This document shows, piece after piece, positions 59,802-64,000 of a stretch of DNA of 64,000 nucleotides. The notes under the pieces are model-generated. The model was not told the origin of the DNA, made no database searches, and saw nothing but the letters and a program-made list of their open reading frames with translations. Position numbers and translations under genes: made by a program. This DNA comes from Desulfobacterales bacterium. Lineage in GTDB: Bacteria > Desulfobacterota > Desulfobacteria > Desulfobacterales > 4572-123. Positions within the stretch are counted from its first letter, which is position 1; each line of letters opens with the position of its first letter. Location: the NCBI GenBank assembly GCA_963667755.2, contig CAXXLK010000004.1, positions 839,739 through 903,738 of the forward strand. The letters are read 5' to 3'.

Positions 59802-60791
59802 TTATAGGACATCGGCGGCCTTTTTCGCCGCCAAATCTTCGTATGCCTTGATAATATCCTGAACCAGTCGGTGTCTTACGACGTCGGTTTTAGAAAAAAA
59901 GACAAATTTGATACCGTCTATATCCTGCAGAATTTTTTTCGCCTGGACCAAACCGGATATTTTTTCAACAGGGATATCCACCTGCGTAATATCTCCGGTG
60001 ATCACCGCTTTAGAGTTGAATCCGATCCGGGTAAGAAACATTTTCATCTGTTCGGAAGTTGTATTTTGTGCTTCATCCAGAATAATAAAGGAATCATTCA
60101 GGGTCCGCCCGCGCATAAATGCGATGGGGGCAACTTCAATGATCCTTTTTTGCATCAAATCAGCCACTTTTTCAAATTTCATCATATCGTGCAGCGCATC
60201 GTATAACGGCCGCAGGTAGGGGTCGACTTTTTCCGTAAGGTCCCCGGGCAAAAACCCCAGAGCCTCTCCCGCTTCAACGGCGGGCCGGGTTAAGACAATA
60301 CGGCTGACGATCCCCTTGGCAAGGGCTGAAACCGCCATGGCCATGGCCAGGTATGTTTTTCCGGTTCCGGCGGGGCCGATGCTGAAAACAATATCGAACA
60401 TTCGAATCGCGTCTATATAGTTTTTCTGGGCAGGATTTTTAGGGGTTATGGCCTGTTTTTTGGAAGTGATGAAAATCTTGTCCAGAAAAAGGTCTTTAAG
60501 GTTGACCTGGTCGTTGCCGCTCAAAGCCGTGATGGCATAGCCGATGTCATTGGGGTAAAGCGGATAATTACTTTTCAAAAGACCGTAGAGCTGTTTGAGA
60601 ATATTTTGGGCTAGGGCCGCCTGAATGCTGTCTCCGGAAACAATAACCGTATTGCCGCGGGCATTAATTTGAATACCCAGCGCTGTTGCGATTTTTTGCA
60701 GATTTTTGTTATGTTCACCGAAAAGCTGCCTGGACAGTTCAATATCTGCAAAGGTTATTTTTGTCTGATTATCTATAATAGAATGATCCAT
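59802..60791 (-). CDS. phoH: PhoH-like ATPase
   Basis: GPAGTGKT, RPAVEAGE, FMRGRT, DEAQN, VVRH. Confidence 0.95.
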   Translation of the reverse strand: MDHSIIDNQTKITFADIELSRQLFGEHNKNLQKIATALGIQINARGNTVIVSGDSIQAALAQNILKQLYGLLKSNYPLYPNDIGYAITALSGNDQVNLKDLFLDKIFITSKKQAITPKNPAQKNYIDAIRMFDIVFSIGPAGTGKTYLAMAMAVSALAKGIVSRIVLTRPAVEAGEALGFLPGDLTEKVDPYLRPLYDALHDMMKFEKVADLMQKRIIEVAPIAFMRGRTLNDSFIILDEAQNTTSEQMKMFLTRIGFNSKAVITGDITQVDIPVEKISGLVQAKKILQDIDGIKFVFFSKTDVVRHRLVQDIIKAYEDLAAKKAADVL

Positions 60792-61047
60792 TTATCATTA
60801 AAAGAAATAAGGTGACCCCGCACAAATCGAAAAAAAGGATATTTTTTATCGCTAAACGACATGAAAGTCAATATACGATTGATATCATTTAAGTCAAGAC
60901 TGTTTTGACCCGGTAAAAGGATACAAAATTTTCAGGCCCATTGCGAACGGCACTTTGATTTTACCTAGCCGTGAATAAAATGCCTTGACGGGGAAAATAG
61001 GCTTTGTTAATTTAGCAGCCCGATACCGTTTAACCAAAGGGAATAAT

Positions 61048-61575
61048 ATGAATTTTTTTGATATCGCCGTCATTATCATCATGGGTTACTGCCTGGTTCG
61101 AGGCATTTTCAGGGGCCTGATAAAGGAAATCTCTTCTATTGTCGGTGTACTGGGGGGGTTTTATGCCGCCTATACCTATTATGGCCATCTGGGGAAACTG
61201 CTGGCCCGGTGGATATCCGATACGGCCTATCTCAATATATTGAGTTTTTTGATTATTTTTGTGGGCGTATTTTTAATCATCAGTATCCTGGGTGTCATTA
61301 TTAAATATATTCTGAACATCTCCTTTCTGGGATGGTTTGACCGCATTTTCGGTGCTTTGTTCGGCCTCATAAGAGGCGGACTGATTGTTTGTGTCATTTT
61401 CATACTGCTCACCGCTTTTCTGCCCAAAGGGGCCCCCATTATTGCAAAATCCATACTGTCGCCCCATGTATCCCAGGTGTCTGAGAAAATGGTCAAGGTC
61501 GTTTCTCACAATATGAAGCGTGATTTTTCAGCTAAGATTGAGGAACTTAAAAAGATTTGGAAAAATCACAAATAG
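61048..61575 (+). CDS. cvpA: CvpA family (colicin V production) membrane protein
   Basis: FFDI, RGIFRGLIKE, DRIFGALFGLIRG. Confidence 0.9.
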   Translation: MNFFDIAVIIIMGYCLVRGIFRGLIKEISSIVGVLGGFYAAYTYYGHLGKLLARWISDTAYLNILSFLIIFVGVFLIISILGVIIKYILNISFLGWFDRIFGALFGLIRGGLIVCVIFILLTAFLPKGAPIIAKSILSPHVSQVSEKMVKVVSHNMKRDFSAKIEELKKIWKNHK

Positions 61576-62405
61576 AAACCGCCCCTGCAGACAAACCGCA
61601 TACGGCGCTAAAGGACCTGCTTGAGGTCGTTGAACGGTTGCGGGGGGAGGGCGGGTGCCCCTGGGACAAAAAACAGACCCCCGATACCCTCTCGGTTTAC
61701 CTCATCGAAGAGATGTACGAACTGGTCACTGCCATTGCATCCGGCAGACCGGGCGATGTCTGTGAAGAACTCGGGGACGTCCTTTTCCAGATTGTGTTTA
61801 TTGCCAGATTGTACCAGGAGGCCGGACATTTCAATATCCGGGACGTGATGGCCGTCAATATTGAAAAAATGATCCGGCGGCATCCCCATGTATATGGAAA
61901 CGAAGCCCTTGAGACCAGTGAACAGGTCAGGCAGAGATGGCACCAGATCAAGGCAGTGGAAAAAAATCATGCCCCAAAAACGTCTTTGCTTGATTCCGTA
62001 CCGAATAAACTTCCGGCGTTGATGAGAGCCTACAGGATCTCCGAAAGGGCCGCCCGTACCGGTTTTGACTGGAATGACAGCCAGGGGGTGATGGACAAGG
62101 TTGAAGAGGAGTGGACTGAATTCAAAGAGGCCCTGGAAACCCAGGGGAAAACCGTTTCTCCGGGCAAAGAGGATCATCGGGATATATCAATGGAATTTGG
62201 TGACCTGCTGTTTACCTTAACCAATATGGCCCGGTTTGCCCATATTCATCCGGAAACCGCTTTGAATGACGCCATTGGCAAGTTCAAAAAAAGATTTAAT
62301 TATATGGAAACGATTTTAGCGGAAAAAGGCGGCGATATGGATGCGGCTTCCCGAAAGGAGATGGACCATCTCTGGGATGAAGCCAAACGAAACATTGCGG
62401 ATTGA
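61557..62405 (+). CDS. mazG: Nucleoside triphosphate pyrophosphohydrolase MazG
   Basis: GCPWDKKQT, EELGDVL, RRHPHV, GFDW, EFGDLLF. Confidence 0.95.
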   Translation: MEKSQIETAPADKPHTALKDLLEVVERLRGEGGCPWDKKQTPDTLSVYLIEEMYELVTAIASGRPGDVCEELGDVLFQIVFIARLYQEAGHFNIRDVMAVNIEKMIRRHPHVYGNEALETSEQVRQRWHQIKAVEKNHAPKTSLLDSVPNKLPALMRAYRISERAARTGFDWNDSQGVMDKVEEEWTEFKEALETQGKTVSPGKEDHRDISMEFGDLLFTLTNMARFAHIHPETALNDAIGKFKKRFNYMETILAEKGGDMDAASRKEMDHLWDEAKRNIAD

Positions 62406-62459
62406 TGGCTTTTTCCGGCCCGGTTTTAATCCAGTCGAATTTTCTTGCGCTATTGTTTA

Positions 62460-62508
62460 AACTTCGCACCGGGCCCCACATCCGGATGTAGCGCCCGGGC
62501 ACGAAGTT
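62460..62508. terminator. Hairpin between convergent mazG and fba
   Basis: aacttcg..ccgggc..acatccggatgt..gcccgg..cgaagtt nested inverted repeat. Confidence 0.5.
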
Positions 62509-62577
62509 GTTGTCACTTGATTTTTAACACCCGCGTATCCTCAGCAAGTCACCAAAACAGTTCGCCGGGTGCCGGCC

Positions 62578-63867
62578 TTAATCATCAAACTCGCCTTTTT
62601 CACCCTTGTCGCTGTCGAGGGTGCCGGCTCTCGCAGTGAATTTCTCGGGTGTCCATTCGTCCGGATCTTCGATACGCCCTGTTTTGGCGCCGGCATCATA
62701 GGATCCGGCGGCAAGAATCGCCTCAATGGCCAGCGGCGCGGTATCCCCGGCATTGAAGACATTGATGAGCATGTTATAAACAAACTTTTCAACTCTTTCA
62801 GCCATCCTCTCCCGTATCTCCGCCGGTTGCCCCAGCAGTTTGTTTTCAAAGGGCAGATTCAGTTTTTTAAAATTTCCGCCCTTCAATCCCCCTGCATCGG
62901 CTGCGGCAAGCATCTGTGCCCACATGGCTTCGGTCATTCCCTCGCCTTTGACTTTGATAAACCCGCCCTTGTCATCGAGGATGGCATTGCCGTAATCATT
63001 TACCTGAAGCCCCCAGGAAATCATCTGCAGGGCCGTGGCAACATTGGCTTTGGTGGTTTTGGTTTTGGCGGCAATGGCCCGCAGCCGGTCGGAGTTGTTA
63101 CCGGATGTGCCGTGCTGGGCACCGGACATGTTGTACGGTGCCAGCGCCTTGTGGATATCGGCGGTCAATTCGATCTGAATTCCCTGATCGCTGGCCTCAA
63201 TGCCGTGGGTGGTACCGTTGTTTAAGGCGATCCAGTCCGGAAAGATACCATGGGCATTCAGGCCCTGAATCAAAAATCGGGCTTCCTCAACGGTGGACAG
63301 GCCGGTCTTGCCTTTAATTTCACCCACTTCCGTTTCAAGCCCCGCCCAGCCTGGGATAACGGGGTTAAGGGCGATATTGGCGGCAAGGTTCTTATCATCG
63401 GGCAGGTGAGACGCATCAATGGCAATGGAGGTCAGCCCGGCTTCGAAAATAGTCGGAATTTCAATCTTGGCACCGGCGATATCCGCTTCTTTTTTAATGC
63501 CGTAATGGTCGGCATGGATCGCAACGGGAATCGTAATGCCCATCTCGTTGCAGAGCGCGTCCACCTGTCGGGCAATATTCCAGTAGTTAACGGCACAATA
63601 GGCAGATGCGCCGCCTTCGGAACGGGCAATTTCAATCATAATACAGGCGTTTGCCTTTTGAGCAGCCCTCAGTGCACCACGGATGACAAAACTGTTTCGG
63701 CCATTGGCCGCCATGGCAATGGCCTGACCTTTGGCCAGCATGGCACGGTCGATAAATTTACCACTGACTAAAAGTGCTTTCGAATTCGGAAAAAGCTTTA
63801 CCACATTGGGCGGACGCCCTATTTCAAGTGCTTTTTCAAAATCTAAAGGCGCCATATTTTTCTTCAT
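62578..63867 (-). CDS. fba: Class II fructose-bisphosphate aldolase (deltaproteobacterial type)
   Basis: HADH, IDASH, ETEVGEI, NGTTHG, HGTSG, KANVAT. Confidence 0.9.
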   Translation of the reverse strand: MKKNMAPLDFEKALEIGRPPNVVKLFPNSKALLVSGKFIDRAMLAKGQAIAMAANGRNSFVIRGALRAAQKANACIMIEIARSEGGASAYCAVNYWNIARQVDALCNEMGITIPVAIHADHYGIKKEADIAGAKIEIPTIFEAGLTSIAIDASHLPDDKNLAANIALNPVIPGWAGLETEVGEIKGKTGLSTVEEARFLIQGLNAHGIFPDWIALNNGTTHGIEASDQGIQIELTADIHKALAPYNMSGAQHGTSGNNSDRLRAIAAKTKTTKANVATALQMISWGLQVNDYGNAILDDKGGFIKVKGEGMTEAMWAQMLAAADAGGLKGGNFKKLNLPFENKLLGQPAEIRERMAERVEKFVYNMLINVFNAGDTAPLAIEAILAAGSYDAGAKTGRIEDPDEWTPEKFTARAGTLDSDKGEKGEFDD

Positions 63868-64000
63868 CGTTTCTCCCTCCGGTTTTGATGGTTTTTAAAA
63901 ATATGTTTAATATCTATACCTGTTGCTGCGTTTGTCAATCATTTTTACCCACACGAAACAGCAAGAAGCCCTTTTTATTTTTTTTCGGTTTGATAAATAT

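Overview
Chromosomal window from what looks like a sulfate-reducing deltaproteobacterium (Desulfobacterales-like; inferred from gene content and protein style, not from a search). Two housekeeping blocks (about 0-20 kb: kdnB, giant GlmS-like protein, pepA, acyl-CoA synthetase, ffh-rpsP-khpA-rimM-trmD-rplS, rlmN, nth; about 51-64 kb: leuB, rfbB, pyrF, lysC, tsaE, pdxJ, ybeY, 7TM-HD, phoH, cvpA, mazG, fba) flank an accessory region (about 20-51 kb). The accessory region holds an ethanolamine-type TRAP transporter with a divergent choline/ethanolamine kinase, a MoxR-DUF58-DUF4129 trio, cspA, a trimethylamine methyltransferase (mttB) whose in-frame TAG falls at the pyrrolysine position, relics of mtbB and rocD, a second non-Pyl MttB with a GntR regulator, a cooS-cooF-FNOR CO dehydrogenase cluster, an antitoxin-toxin fusion scar, a mini-island at tRNA-Ser, and a GlpD/alkyl-DHAP-synthase-like/FGGY-kinase operon. 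Main signals not shown by the ORF track: the Pyl read-through gene, an ORF-less group II intron sitting inside a heptamer-repeat hairpin, three more such hairpins, and an intact PdxJ ORF that has lost most catalytic residues. No CRISPR array, rRNA or transposase was seen. All family assignments come from recognising motifs by eye.
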